DNA of 64,000 bases, taken from positions 60,886,001 to 60,950,000 of the forward strand of contig CM059432.1 in NCBI GenBank assembly GCA_030390025.1, written 5' to 3'. Below are positions 22,431 through 36,059 of this stretch, one piece after another. The stretch is from Squalus acanthias (lineage: Eukaryota). The position numbers and the translations under genes are program-made. The first letter of the stretch is position 1; each line of letters begins with the position of its first letter. The notes under the pieces were generated by a model that did not search any database, was not told where the DNA came from, and saw nothing but the letters and a program-made list of their open reading frames with translations.

Positions 22431-25340
22431 TAGAATCATAGAATCATAGAAAGTTACAGCACGGAAGGAGGTCATTTCGGCCCATCGTGTCCATGCCGGC
22501 CAACAAAGAGCTATCCAGCCTAATCCCACTTCCCAACTCTTGGTCCGTAGCCCTGCAGGTTACAGCATCCCAAGTGCATATCCAAGTACTTTTTAAATGT
22601 GGTTAGGGTTCCTGCCTCTACCACCCTTTCAGGCAGTGAGTTTCAGACCCCCACAACCCTCTGGGTGAAGAAATTTCCCCTCAAATCCCCTCTAAACCTT
22701 CCACCAATTACTTTAAATCTGTGCCCCCTGGTTTTTGACCCCTCTGCTAAGGGAAATAGGTCCTTTCTATCCACTTTATCTATGCCCCTCATAATTTTAT
22801 ACACCTCAATAAGGTCTCCTCTCAGCCTCCTCTGTTCCAAGGAAAACAGACCCAGCCTATCCAATCTTTCCTCATAGCTAAGATTCTCTAATCCCGGCAA
22901 CATCCTTGTAAATCTCCTCTGTACCCTCTCTAGTGCAATCACATCTTTCCTGTAATGTGGTGACCAGAACTGCACGCAGTACTCTAGCTGAGGCCTAACT
23001 AGTGTTTTATACAGTTGAAGCATAACCCCCCTGCTCTTGTATTCTATGCCACGGCTGATAAAGGCAAGCATTCCGTATTCCTTCTTAACCACCTTATCTA
23101 CTTGGCCTGCTACCTTCAGGGATCTGTGGACATGCACTCCAAGGTCCCTTTGTTCCTCTACACTACTCAGTGTCCTACCATTTAATGTGTATTACCTTTC
23201 CTTGTTAGCCCTCCCCAAATGCATTACCTCACACTTCTCCGGATTGAATTCCATTTGCCACTGTTCTGCCCACCTGACCAATGTATTGATATCTTCCTGC
23301 AGTCTACACAGCCGATTTTAGTATCATCTGCAAACTTCTTAATCATACCCCCTATATTCAAGTCAAGATTGTTGATATATACCACAAAAAGCAAGGGACC
23401 TAGTACTGAGCCCTGCGGAACCCCACTGGAAACAGCCTTCCCAGTCACAAAAACACCCATCAACCATTACCCCACCACCAAACGCATCTTCCCCTCACCT
23501 CTCCTTTCAGCATTCCGTAGGGACCGCTCCCTCCATGACACCCTGGTCCACTCCTCCAACACCCCTTCCCCTTCGCCCGGCACCTTCCCGTGCAAGCGCA
23601 GGAGATGCAACACATGCCCTTATACCTCCCCCCTTCCCACTGTCCAGGGCCCTAAACACCCCTTCCAGGTGAAACAGCGATTTACTTGTACTTCTTGCAA
23701 TTTGGTATACTGTATTCGCTGCTCACGATGCGGTCTCCTCTACATTGGGGAGACCAAATGCAGATTGGGTGACCGCTTTGCCGAACACTTCCGTTCAGTC
23801 CGTAAGGGGGACCCCGAGCTTCCGGTCGCCTGTCACTTTAATTCACCGCTCCACTCCCACTCAGACCTCACCATCCTCGGCCTCTTGCATTGTTCCATGG
23901 AAGCTCAGCGTAAGCTCGAGGAACAGCACCTCATCTTTCGATTAGGCACTTTACAGCCTTCTGGACTCAACATAGAGTTCAACAATTTCAGATCATAACC
24001 TGGCCCCGATCATATATATATTTTTTATCCACACTTTTTGTTTGTGCCTTCTGTTCTTCTCTCCCACGTGGCAGCTGTCTTTCATTCTGCCAGCGCAATT
24101 TACACTTCATCTAGAGCCATCCTTTGTTTCTTAACCTGTCCCATTACCATCTCCTTTTGCCTTGAATATCTCTTAATATCTCTTAACCTCTCCTGCCTTC
24201 TATCCTATCATAGACCTTCCCTTTTGTTCTTTCATCCCCTCCCCATTTCCCAGCCCCTACCCTTGCTTAAAAATCTGTTCCATTTCCTGCTTTTTTCCAG
24301 TTCTGATGATCATTGACCTGAAACGTTAACTCTGTTTCTCTCTTCACAGATGCTGCCTGACCTGCTGAGTATCTCCAGCATTTTCTGTTTTTATTTCAGA
24401 TTTCCAACATCTGCAGTATTTTCTTTTTGTATTACCCTCTGCTTCCTGTCTCCGAGCCAGTTTTGAATCCAACTTGACACTTTGCCCTGGATCCCATGGG
24501 CTTTTAACTTCGTGACCAGTCTGCTATGTGGAACCTTATCAAAAGTCTTGCTAAAGTCCATATACACTACATCAAACGCACTACCCTCATCTACCCTCCT
24601 TGTTACCTCCTCAAAAAATTCAATCAAGTTTGTCAGACACGACCTTCCCTTAACAAATCCATGCTGACTATCCTTGATTAATCCGTGTCTTTCTAAATGA
24701 AGATTTATCCTGTCCTTCAGAATTCTTTCCAATAATTTTCCCACCACTGAGGTTAGGCTGACTGGCCTGTAATTACTCGGTCTATCCTTTTCTCCCTTTT
24801 TAAACAGGGTACCACATTAGCAGTCCTCCGGCACCACACCTGAAGCCAGAGAGGATTGAAAAATGATGGACAGGGCCTCTGCTATTTCTTCTTTTGCTTC
24901 GTTTAACAGCCTGGGATACATTTCATCCAGGCCTGGGGATTTATCCACCTTTAAAGCTGCTAAACCCCTTAATATTTCCTCTCTTACTATGTTTATTTCA
25001 TCTAATATTTCACACTCCTCCACCCCGATAGCAATGTCTGCTTCGCCCCTCTCCTTTGTGAAAACAGACGCAAAGTATTCATTAAGAACCCTACCGACGT
25101 CTCCCACCTCCACACACAGATTACCCTCATGATCTCTAATAGGCCCTACCCTTTCTTTAGTTATTCTCTTACTCTTAATATATTTATAAAACATCTTTGG
25201 GTTTTCCTTGATTTTACTTGCCAAGAATTTTTCATGCTCTCTCTTTGCTTTCCTAATATCATTTTTAATTGCACCCCTGCACTTTCTGTACTCCTCTAAA
25301 GATTCTGGAGTATTTAGCCCTCGGTATCTGTCATACACCA
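22431..25340 (-). mobile_element. 5'-truncated CR1 LINE interrupted by a PLE
   Basis: ORFs 24817..25341, 24391..24747, 23224..23463, 22643..23137 carry consecutive ORF2 segments; (TTCTATGA)n tail. Confidence 0.92.
23473..24430 (+). mobile_element. 5'-truncated Penelope-like element (GIY-YIG endonuclease and terminus)
   Basis: CKRRRCNTC...NLVYCIRCSRCGLLYIGETK...EH...GLN ending at 23998; ATTACCC duplicated on both sides; degenerate hammerhead at 24299-24331. Confidence 0.9.
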
Positions 25341-25594
25341 CCTCATACGATAGGTGTAAAAAGTGTCTGAGAAGTCCAAGGATCTTGGGCCCTTTCTACA
25401 TGTGGTTTGATGCTGCACTGAATTTACGATCTATACTCTGTCAAATGAAAATGATGTGAGATTTTCTTCTCCAGGGAACTTCATACCAATTCTTTGGAGA
25501 CAGATCAGGCCCTGACTCCAGATTAACACTGCAGCTCTAATGTTACTCCAATGTAGAAACAACTTTGCACCGACGTCAAAGTTGTAGTGCAAAG

Positions 25595-25995
25595 GATCAT
25601 AGGAAAAGGAGTAGGTTATTCAGCCCCTTGAGCCTGTTCATAGAACCATAGAATTATATTATCTTACAGCACAAAAGGAGGCCATTCAGCCCAACGTGCC
25701 TGTTCTGTCATTCAATGATATCATGACTGATCTGTACCTCAACTCCATTTACCCGCCTTTTGTCCATAACCCTTGATAACCTTACCCAACAAAAAACTAT
25801 CGATCTCAGTCTTGAAAATTTCAATTGGCCTGGCATCCACAGCCTTTTGGGCGATGGAGTTCCAGATTTCCACCACCCTTTGTGAAAAAGTGTTTCCTGA
25901 TTTTACTCCTCACTGGCCTAGCTCTAATTGTAGGTTTATGCCCTGGGATTTGGATTCCCCGCCAGGGTAAATAGTATGTCTGCATCTACCCTATT
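25595..25995 (-). mobile_element. CR1 3' end(s), degenerate and nested
   Basis: Reverse complement of CR1 C-terminus and 3' UTR, with a second tail fragment at about 25638-25702. Confidence 0.75.
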
Positions 25996-26164
25996 GAATA
26001 TGAATACATCCTTTGATAATGTGGCCAGTATTCAGTAAAATGCAAAATGCAGGTGTCAGAATGATGAGATTAATAAATAGACTTAAATAGAACATGGCAG
26101 GAGAACACAAAAGAAATGACAACCATTCATCGATCAATTTTGTTTTCGATGACTGCCATTCGTA

Positions 26165-27385
26165 GTTTTTTGATGAGGTAACAGAGAGGGTTGATGAGGG
26201 CAATGCGGTTGACGTGGTGTACATGGATTTCCAAAAGGCGTTTGACAAAGTGCCACATAATAGGCTTGCCAGCAAAGTTGAAGCCCATGGAATAAAAGGG
26301 ACAGTGACAGCATGGATATGAAATTGGCTAGCTGACAGGAAACAGAGAGAAGTGGTGAACGGTTGTTTTTCGAACTGGATGAAGGTCTACAGTGGTGTAC
26401 CCCAGGGGTCAGTTCCAGGACCACTGCTTTTCTTGATATATATTAATGACTTGGGTGCAAAATTTGCAGATGACACAAAACTTGGAAGTATAGTGAACAG
26501 TGAGGAGGAGAGTGATAGACTTCAAGAGGACATAGAAAGGCTGGTGGAACGGGCGGACACGTGGCAGATGAAATTTAACGCAGAAAAATGCGAAGTGATA
26601 CATTTTGGTAGAAAGAATGAAAAGAGGAAATATAAACTAAAGGGTACAATCCTAAAGGGGGTGCATGAACAGAGAGACCTAGGAGTATATGTGCACAAAT
26701 CGTTGAAGGAGGCAGGGCAGGCTGAGAAAGCAGTTAAAAAAGCTTACAGATCCTGGGCTTCATGAATAGAGGTATAGAGTACAAAAGCATGGAAATTATG
26801 ATGAACCTGTATAAAACGCTGGTTCGACCTCAACTGGAGTATTGTGTCCAATTCTGGGCACCGCACTTTAGGAAGGATGTGAAGGCCTTAGAGAGGGTGC
26901 AGAAAAGATTTACCAGAATGATTCCAGGGATGAGGGACTTCAGTTATATGGATAGATTGGAGAAGCTGGGGTTGTTCTCCTTAGAGCAGAGAAGGTTGAG
27001 AGGAGATTTGATAGAGGTGTTCAAAATCATGTGGGGTCTGGACAGAGTAGCTAGAGAGAAACTGTTCCCATTGGCAGAAGGGTCGAGAACCAGAGGACAC
27101 AGATTTAAGGTGATTGGCAAAAGAACCAAAGGTGACATGAGGAAAAACCTTTTTTACTCAGCGAGTGGTTAGGATCTGGAATGCACTGCCTGAACTAATG
27201 GAGGCAGACTCAATCATGGCTTTCAAAAGGGAGTTGGATAAGTACCTGAAAGAAAAACATTTGCAGGGCTACAGGGAAAGGGCAGGGTAGTGGGACTAGC
27301 AGAGGTGCTCTTGCAGAGAGCCGGCACGGGCTCGATGGGCCGAAAGACCTTCTTCCATGCTGCAACCATTCTATGATTCTATGAT
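26165..27385 (+). mobile_element. 5'-truncated CR1 LINE
   Basis: VYMDFQKAFDKVPH, ORFs 26352..26765 and 26762..27172, TTCTATGA tail. Confidence 0.92.
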
Positions 27386-27554
27386 ATATCCAAGAATAGT
27401 TGTGTCTTGTTCTGGGTGTGCAAGGGCAAATATCCATTTACTGTTCTCTCTGTAACCCAGAATCTCAGTGCTCAATTTTAACTGCTGGGTGAGAATTCAG
27501 CAAAGCGAGCAGCCAGATCAACTGGGAACAGTAGCAGGGAGGCTCAGCTCAGCT

Positions 27555-27792
27555 GCTTGGAGACGAGGGCTATCCGCTCTACACCAGGCTGATGACTCCC
27601 CTCCGCAACCCCACTACTTGTGGCCAGCAATCATATAATGACAGCCATGCTGCCATGAGGAACTTCATCAAGCAGACCATCGGGGTGGTGAAGCAATGGT
27701 TCCCCTGCCTTGACCACTTTGGAGGAGCTCTCCGATACTCACCGGAGTGGGTGTCCCAATTCGTGGTGGTCTGTTGCATCCTCCACAACTTG
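27555..27792 (+). pseudogene. Harbinger DDE transposase fragment
   Basis: LGDEGYPL..LMTPLRNP...YNDSH...IKQTIGVVKQWFPCLD..GGALRYSP...CCILHNL, the HARBI1-type catalytic region. Confidence 0.85.
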
Positions 27793-27986
27793 GTGAAAGG
27801 GTGGTGGAAACAGATTCAATAATAAGTTTCAAAGGGGAATTGGATAAATACTTGAAGGGGAAAAATTTGCAGGGCTATGGGGAAAGAGCACGGGAGTGGG
27901 AATAATTGAATAGCTCTTTGAAAGTGCCGGCACAGACACAATGGGCCAAATGGTTTCCTTTTGTGCTGTATCACTCTATGATTCTA
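27793..27986 (+). mobile_element. CR1 3' tail fragment
   Basis: Homologous to 27200-27385. Confidence 0.8.
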
Positions 27987-28752
27987 TCTACTCAACTTAC
28001 TGTAACTACAAACTTGGGTACACAACTCTATTTCTTCATCCAAGTCATTTTATATATGTGGTGAAAAGCTGAAGCCTCAGTACAGATCCCTGAGAATGCT
28101 AATTGTCACATCTTGCCAATTATAGAATGTTCCCTTTATCCCTACTCTCTGTTTCCTACCTCCCAATCAATTACCAACACATGTCACAAGTTTACCTCCA
28201 GTTCCATGAACTTTCATTTTTGTTAATAATCTCTTGTGTAGAACCTTATCAAATACTTTCTGGAAATCCACATAGACAACAACCATTGACACTCCCCTAT
28301 CCACCATGTTAGTGACTTCCTCAAAATAATTAACTCAATTATTCAGACATGACCTACCCTTCACAAATCCATGCTGACTCTCTTTGATCAGCTGATACTT
28401 GTTCAAGTACTCAGTCACTCACTGTCTCTGATGATGGATTCCAGTAACTTCCCCACAACTGATGTTAAACTGATAGTCTGCAGTTAGCTGCTTTCTACTC
28501 CCCTCCCTTTTTAAATAATGGAGTGTTATTTGCAATCAAAAGGCACATCTCCTGAATCTAGCGAGCTTTGAAAAATACTGACTAACACATCTACGATTTC
28601 CTCACCTATTTCTTTTAATACTCTGGCGTGGAAATCATTAGATCCTCGAGATTTGTCTGTCTTAAGTCCCATTATTTTCCCCATACCATTTTTTAAATCC
28701 ACTAAGTTCCTCCCCTTGACTTATTTTTTAGGTTCCCTTGTTTTGCTGGTAT

Positions 28753-29472
28753 TCATAGAATCATAGAAATTTATGGCATAGAAGAAGGCCATTCGGCCCA
28801 TCGTGTCTGTGCTGGCCAAAAAAGAGCTATCCAGCCTAATTCCACTTTCCAACTCTTGGCCCGTAGCCTTGCAGGTAACAGCACTTCAAGTGCATATCCA
28901 AGTAATTTTTAAATGTGATGAGGGTTTCTGCCTCTACCACTCTTTCAGGCAGAGTTCCAGTCCCCCCACCACCCTCTGGGTGAAAAAAGTTCTCCTCAAC
29001 TCTCCTCTAATCCTTCTACCAATTACTTTAAATCTATGCCCCTGGTTATTGACCTCTCTGCTAAGGGAAAATAGCTCCTTGCTATCCATTCTAGCTAGAC
29101 CCCTCATAATTGTCTCGGCTAATAAAAGAAAGTATCCCGTATGCCTTCTTAACTACCTTATCTACCTGTCCTGCTACCTTCAGGGATCTGTGGACATGCA
29201 CTCCAAGGCCCCTCTGTTCCTCTACACTTCTCAATATCCTACCATTTATTGTGTATTCCCTTGCCTTGTTAGCCCTCCCCTAATGCATTACCTCACACTT
29301 CTCCGGATTGAATTCCATTTGCCACTTTTCTGCTCACCTGACCAGTCCATTGATATCTTCCTGCAGTCTACAGCTTTCTTCCTCACTATCAACTACACGG
29401 CCAATTTTTATGTCCTCTGCAAACTTCTTAATCATTCATTGATATATACCACAAAAAGCAAGGGACCTAGTA
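28753..29472 (-). mobile_element. CR1 3' fragment with internal deletions
   Basis: Homologous to 22431-23405. Confidence 0.88.
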
Positions 29473-30158
29473 TTATTCGCCCTGTTCCTCCACCGTGAAA
29501 ATGGATACAAAGTACTTATTTAACAAGTCTGTCATTTCCTTATTATAGTCTCACCTGTATCTATCTTTAATCGGCTCTCATCCCCCTTTACCACTTTCTT
29601 TCTCTTAATATATTAATGAAAATGTTTGATGTTAACTTTGATATCCCTTGCAAATTTTTATCATAATATCTTTTTGAATTATTACTTTTTTGTCTCCCTT
29701 TTTTTGCTTTTTATACCTCTCCCATTCTGCTGGATTTCCACTTTTAATTTCATTTGCCTGAGCCTTTTCTCTTAGCTTGATACTGTCTCTTACCCCATTT
29801 GTTGACCATGCTTGCTGAACTGCAGAAATAGAGCCTTTGCCTTTTTGGGGTATGTGCTGGTTTTGTATTGTATCAAATACTTCTTTGAATACTTCCTACT
29901 GTTTATCTACAGGTTTACTCATTCAGCTCATACAGTTCAGCCCAGTTTACTGCGGTCACTTTATTTCTCATTCCTTTGAAGATTGCTTTATTTAAATTTA
30001 AAACTCTGGTTGTACTCTCCCTCCTCTCATACCTAATATCAAACTCAATCATATTATGGCAAGATGTTCACTTAATGATAGATTGTTAACTAATTCTGGT
30101 TTGTTACTCATTATTAAATCCAGTATGGCCTGTTCCCTTATCGATTCTAAAACCTATT

Positions 30159-31772
30159 GGCCCGGAATTCGCGGTCCCGACGACAGCAAACTGGCAGCGT
30201 TCGCCGTCATTCCACCTTTCACCATCACTAAAGAAAAAGTACTCGGTAAAATAATGGGATTAAAGGTGGACAAGTCCCCTGGACCTGATGGCCTGCATCC
30301 TAGGGTCTTAAAAGAAGTGGCTGCAGAGATAGTGGATGTATTGGTTGCAATCTACCAAATTTCCCTAGATTCTGGAGAGGTCCCAGCGGATTGGAAACCG
30401 CAAATGTAACACCCCTATTTAAGAAGGGAAGCAGTATAGAGGGACCTGGGGGTCCTTGTGCATGAAACACAAAAAATTAGCATGCAGGTACAGCAAGTAA
30501 TCAGGAAGGCAAATGGAATGTTGGCCTTTATTGCAAGGGGGTTGGAGTATAAAAGCAGGGAAGTCCTGCTACAACTGTACAGGGTATTGGTGAGACCACA
30601 CCTGGAGTACTGCATACAGTTTTGGCCTCCTTATTTAAGGAGGGATATACTTGCATTGGAGGCAGTTCAGAGAAGGTTCATGAGGTTGATTCCTGAGATG
30701 AAGGGGTTGACTTATGAAGAAAGGTTGAGCAGGTTGGGCCTATACTCATTGGAGTTTAGAAGAATGAGAGGTGATCTTATTGAAACATATAAGATACTGA
30801 GGGGGATCGACAAGGTAGATGAAGAGATGTTTCCCCTCATGGGGGAATCTAGAACTCGGGGGCATAGTTTCAGAATAAGGGTCGTCTATTTAAAACTGAG
30901 ATGAGGAGGAATTTCTTCTCTCAGAGGGTCGTAAATCTGTGGAATTCTCTGCCCCAGAGAGCTGTGGAGGCTGGGTCATTGAATATATTTAAGGTGGAGA
31001 TAGACAGATTTTTGAACAATAAGGGAGTGATGGGTTATGGGGAGCGGGCAGGGAAATGGAGCTGAGCCCAAGATCAGATCAGCCATTATCTCATTAAATG
31101 GCAGAGCAGGCTCGAGGGGCCAAATGGCCTACTCCTGCTCCTATTTCTTATGTTCTTATGTTCTTTGAAACTGACTGCAACTTCAGGATTTAGTGCATGC
31201 GGAAATCCTGAAGTTGTGGTCTGTCATTCACAGCTTCAAAACAGGCTGCGCGGTGCCCCGCCCCCCGACCACAGAGTCGGCAATCAGTGAAATCTCTCAA
31301 TCATGCAAACTGACAAACTTTGACTCTTCCGCAATAATTACGCTGTTAAATTCCCCACTAAAAGTTAGACCCAAAGGGATTAGGTGTAACTGGGGTTTTA
31401 ACAGCGTATTGACTGCTAAACAAATGTTAATTTTAATTTTGTGCAGTTTCAAATTTATCCATTTTAATAAAAATTACATTTTTAAAGAAACTTTTGCTCT
31501 CTCTAACATTTTTAAAAAGTTAGAATTTTAAGAGCTTACTCACTTCCTCGTTCCCTGTCTGTGAGAATTCTGCATTGTGATTGGCTGCTTAGACAGCTTT
31601 TTGACGTCACAGCAGTTCGCACTAGGGGATTCCCACTATACTCTGTTGATTTGAGTTACGCGTCAGAAAACCCGAACTTCTCGACACAGAGATCGCGAGA
31701 TCTTTGTGTGAAGTTTACTTCAGGGCCAGCGGCAAACACCTTTGCTTCGCAGCTGACCGCAAATTCCGGGCC
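30159..31772. mobile_element. Harbinger-type MITE containing a CR1 insertion
   Basis: TIR GGCCCGGAATTCGCGGTC / GACCGCAAATTCCGGGCC; 3-bp ATT/AAT flanks. Confidence 0.85.
30220..31163 (+). mobile_element. CR1 fragment with an internal deletion of the RT core
   Basis: Jumps at ~30432 from NVTPLFKKGS to RDLGVLVH relative to the intact copy at 51970-54743; TTCTTATG tail. Confidence 0.9.
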
Positions 31773-32189
31773 AATGTTCCAGAAAACTGTTCTGAATACA
31801 TTCTAGAAATGCATTGATTTTACTACTTGAGCAGTTCTGCTTCTCCCCGTCGATGTGAAAATTAAAATCTCCTATTATAACCGCATTGTTTTTACTAGAT
31901 GCTCTCTGATCTTTGTATTTATACATCCCCTCACTAAATCATCACTATCAGGTAGTCCATAGACAACTCCCATCAGGGTCTTCTATCCTTTGCTGTTCCT
32001 TAACTTGATTCAGTGTTTCCACTGCCCGACTAACATTACAAAGTATTTATAACAGGTCCAAACCTTCTCCCACCCTTCTTCATCTTACCTTAATGAACTT
32101 CCTTCTTACTACTGTGGTGATTGTGTCTTTTTATCAACAGTGCTACCCACCCCCCCCCACCCCCACCCTTTCCCAATTTCCCTGTCCTT

Positions 32190-32550
32190 TATAAGAACAT
32201 AAGTAACATAAGAACAGAAGAATTAGGAGCAGGAGTAGGCCATACAGCCCCGCGAGCCTGCTCTGCCATTCAATAAGATCATGGCTGATCTTTGACCTCA
32301 ACTCCACTTTCCCACCCGATCCCCATATCCCTTGATTCCCCTAGAGTCCAAAAATCTATCGATCTCAGCCTTGAATATACTCAAAGACTCCGCATCCACA
32401 GCCCTATGGGGTAGAGAATTCCAAAGATTCACAACCCTCTGAGTGAAGAAATTCCTCCTCATCTCAGTCTTAAATGGCCGACCCCTTATCCTGAGACTAT
32501 GCCCCCTAGTGCTAGACTCTCCAGCCAGGGGAAACAACCTCTCAGCATCT
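32190..32550 (-). mobile_element. CR1 3' fragment
   Basis: ORF 32298..32582 and CATAAGAA tail. Confidence 0.9.
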
Positions 32551-32859
32551 AATAAGGATCCTATAGCCTGGAAGAGTGGCAATGACTGAGTTGTGTCAAA
32601 TGCTTACACTTGATTTGGAGGAATTACCAGTGACTCCAACTACTCTGCTTGTGATCATTAGTCAACTGATAATTACTTGGCCATGGGTTCATTCCAGGTT
32701 CTACAAGGTGATTCAGCTGGTAATGGACACCTGTATTCGGAAAGTGGCTGATATGTTGTTCCTAAAGAATGAGAGGTTTATTCAATTCTTTTGTACCACA
32801 GAGAAACAATTGCTAAGCTGCAAGATTTTCTTGATACTGCTAGATTCCCAACAGTGCCG

Positions 32860-33712
32860 GGTTTCGATGAGTCTATACTTCCTCCAACTAAACATTGGGA
32901 AGATTTAAGCCATTGTCTTTGACCCCCACCATGCAGTCTGCTCACTGGCCACTGACTCCATCACCCTCCCAGCCACTGCCCAGGTTGAAGCAGATCGTTA
33001 GTAAGCTCAGAGTCCTGTTCAACTACAAGCTAAGTTTCCGACCCCATGTCCTCTCCATCTCAAAGACTACCTACTTCCACCGCTGTAATATCATCTGCCT
33101 CCACCCCTACCTCAGCCCATTAATACTGAAACCCTCACTCATGCCTTTGTCACCTTCTGGCTCAATTACTCCAACACTCCTATGCCAGCCTTCGCTTACC
33201 ACAAACTACAGCGTGCCCAGAATTATGCTGCTTGTATCTTATCTCGCACCCAGTCCCACAGGTCCATTACCCCTATCCTTGCTGATCTAGATTGGTTCCC
33301 GGTCTCCCAGCGTCTCATAAAAAAAATTATCCTTGTCTTTAAATCTCTCAATGGTCTCACCCTTCCTGATCTCTATAACCTCCTTCAGCACTACAACCAC
33401 CTCTAGAGTTCTCTGTTGATCTGACTCCAGCCTCTTGTTAATCACGCCTCCTTTTGCCCACCATTGGCAGCCATGCTTTGAGCTGACTACATCCCACTAT
33501 CTGGATTCCCATTTCCTGAGCTCCTCCATCTCCTGACCTTCCTCTCCTTCTTTAAGACCCATAGTAAAGGCCACCTCTTCGGCAAAGCTCTTGGTCAGCC
33601 ATTCTTATCTCTACTTCCTTAGCTTGGTGTTGATTTTCCCCCCATGCCTCTGTGAAGTGCCATGGGATGGTTTCCACATTAAACATGTTCTATAAATTCA
33701 AGTTGTTGTTGG
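32860..33712 (+). mobile_element. L2 LINE 3' fragment
   Basis: LQLNIGK, KLQRAQNYAACIL...SITPILADLDWFPV; tail TATAAATTCAAGTTGTTGTT. Confidence 0.8.
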
Positions 33713-34356
33713 TGGTGGACTGTTCCCATGTGAAGAGTAGGGAGACATTAATCAATTGATGAAAATCAACTATAAGAGGTCCTAGAAAATTCAAATGCCC
33801 AGAAAATGACCTAGCTCCTGACTGTCAACCATCTGGGAGTGAGCAAGTCCATCTAAATAAAACAACAGGCTACATGCTTATCCAATGAAACATTGTTCAC
33901 AATTGTAACTAATTCTCAAAAAATCACTTAGCATTGGTAGATCCAGGCACATAAATTCATTCATTCATGATAGGACAAAGCTTAATCTATTCAAGATGAG
34001 ATTCACATAGTTGGATAGCTCTGGGAGTGTTCTGTATTTTGTAATTTTTTTGTGGTGTACCTCATGCTATACTACCTTGCAATTAGGAGAGGCATCTACC
34101 TAGATTCACATTGGATTGCATCCATGCTCCATTAATGGAGAACTGTTTGGAGAGGTGACCACTTGCCTTATATAGTCAGAGCAAAGTGCAATTCTACCCC
34201 ATGTTGCTGTACACACAAATCAAGGAGAAAAGATGATTACACCTGAGTCACCATGTTGAATAACAATTTCTTCAGGTTAGATTCCAGTCCCGCCGTGTGG
34301 TTGTAAAGCACAACATATTGCTGAGAGACTATAGCTTGGGTTTCCCCGCATGCTTT

Positions 34357-34914
34357 GGAGTTTTAACTCCAGAGTGTGCGCATTTTGTCATTGACAGGTT
34401 CCCCGCCTGGATGTCAGCCTAACTGACAGGCTTGGCCTCCAGTTGGGCGGAGAAGACTCCGGAGAAGGCCGCAGGAGCAGGTAGGTCCAATCCGCAGCCC
34501 TGGGCAGGGGAAGGTCCAATCCCGGGGGTCTTTGTATGGGTGGATATGATGGAGGGGAGTTTGGGGGACCGGGAGAAGCATTCCTGCTCCTCCTGGCCCA
34601 CAAGCAGTGCTGTAAAGGCACTTACCTTCTCCCAGAAGCTGTCCTCAACTCCCTTCAGCTGCCAGGTTTCCCGAGACCTGGGAAACCGATTTGCCCACTG
34701 TAAAACCTGGAAAGCCGGTTAAATCAGAGGCTGCCAGCCTCATTAAAATATGTAAATTGCTAACCCACCACCTGGGAGCAGGTTAACTGCCCAACCCTTG
34801 CCCGCATCCGTTAAACCCCTAAATGGGCGGGTTGAGATCAGGTTTCAGATTTTTAAAATTTTAACATCTGTCCCAACTCCAATCCACCTGTTTTAGGCTG
34901 TTAAAATTCAGCCC
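34357..34914. mobile_element. Harbinger-type MITE (core shared with 726-1256, inverted)
   Basis: Right end GTTAAAATTCAGCCC; core GGCCAGGAGGAGCAGGAATGCT on the minus strand; left end degenerate. Confidence 0.65.
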
Positions 34915-35027
34915 TAAGTCTTGGAGAGTGTGCAAACTCTGACCTATTGCATTATAAGACTCAACATTCGCACGGTATGTATATTGTTGCTGCTCCAATA
35001 GTTATTACCTTCAAAGCATAACCTTTG

Positions 35028-35747
35028 GGCCTAAAATTTTGAGAAAAATAAGAGGTTGCTAACGGGGCACAAAGCAACTAGCGCCCGGGCGTGGCACCGC
35101 CAACACCTCCCGCAAAATTCAGCGGGAGGTTAGCAGCGGCGGCGGTAACCGTTAGCACCCTGCGGTGCTGCGCCGCCGGCAATGACATCATCGCCATGCG
35201 CAGTGCCCCAGCCACAATCTTCGGTAGCGCCCCCTGACTTCCCGCCAGACGCTATGTCCGACGGGGTCAGGGGGGCCTACCTGCGGCTGGGGCGGTGCTA
35301 ATTAAAGGCGAGGTGCCAGGCGGCCATTTTTGTTTCTGGCCACCTGCCAGCACCTGCCCCCGTTGCCGTTCCTGGCCTCCTGACCAGTCCCCCCACGGAG
35401 TGCCGGCTGCGCTCTGTGAGCCTGGCACTTCTCTTGAGTGCCGGGCTCTTTTGCCGGCACTCCGATCCCTGGTGGCCCAGCTGGGCCCCAGGTCGCGCTG
35501 CGCAAGGCCCCTCCCCTTTAAGAAGGGGAGGAAGGCCTGCAGTACCACGGCACAATGTGCCGCAACGCCGCAACATTCACTCGCAGCGCCCAAGAGGGAG
35601 GCGGGGTGCTTCCAGTAGCGCCCCGCTTCCCTCTTGGGGCGCTATCACTGAATTTTGGCTACAGGGGCGCCAATTTTTTTGGAGTGCTAAAACTAGCGCT
35701 CCGGCGAAGTTAGCGCCCCAAAGGGGGCGTGACTCAATTTTTCCCCC
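35028..35747. mobile_element. GC-rich Harbinger-type MITE
   Basis: Ends GGCCTAAAATT / AATTTTTCCCCC with TTG TSD; closely similar partial copy at 58267-58710. Confidence 0.82.
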
Positions 35748-36059
35748 TTGATCTCTTCAGTTAAATGCCCTCAGGTTCAAGACACTAGTAACGTTACACA
35801 AGTCTCTATAATTTGCCTTTCTGCACCAATGATGCTTTATCCTCTGGGCTAGGTATGTGTCTGAGGTTTGATAAACCACTGCTCTGTGTCTGTGCAGTAG
35901 CCAAAGGGTTTTTCTCTTTTTTTTTGTTTCTCACAGGAGATTGCATGGCTGTGTGGGGGGATGGTGTGATGGCATATGGAAGTGACACCACGCCAGATGG
36001 GACAGCCTTCATGGACCAGCTGGTCTTTTCCCTTACTTCTTTTCTTATGTTCGGAATTC

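Larger units (their letters stand above)
28020..32180 (-). mobile_element. Old, degenerate CR1 LINE hosting nested insertions
   Basis: RT remnants at 28020-28700 and APE remnant IIGDFNFHID...FLECIQNSFLE (ORF 31720..31926). Confidence 0.75.

Noticed and set aside
23219..23998. 259-aa ORF as a novel GIY-YIG fusion gene
   Set aside because: The N-terminal third is antisense CR1 sequence that happens to be in frame with the inserted PLE fragment.
28803..29498. 231-aa plus-strand ORF
   Set aside because: Antisense frame of a CR1 fragment.
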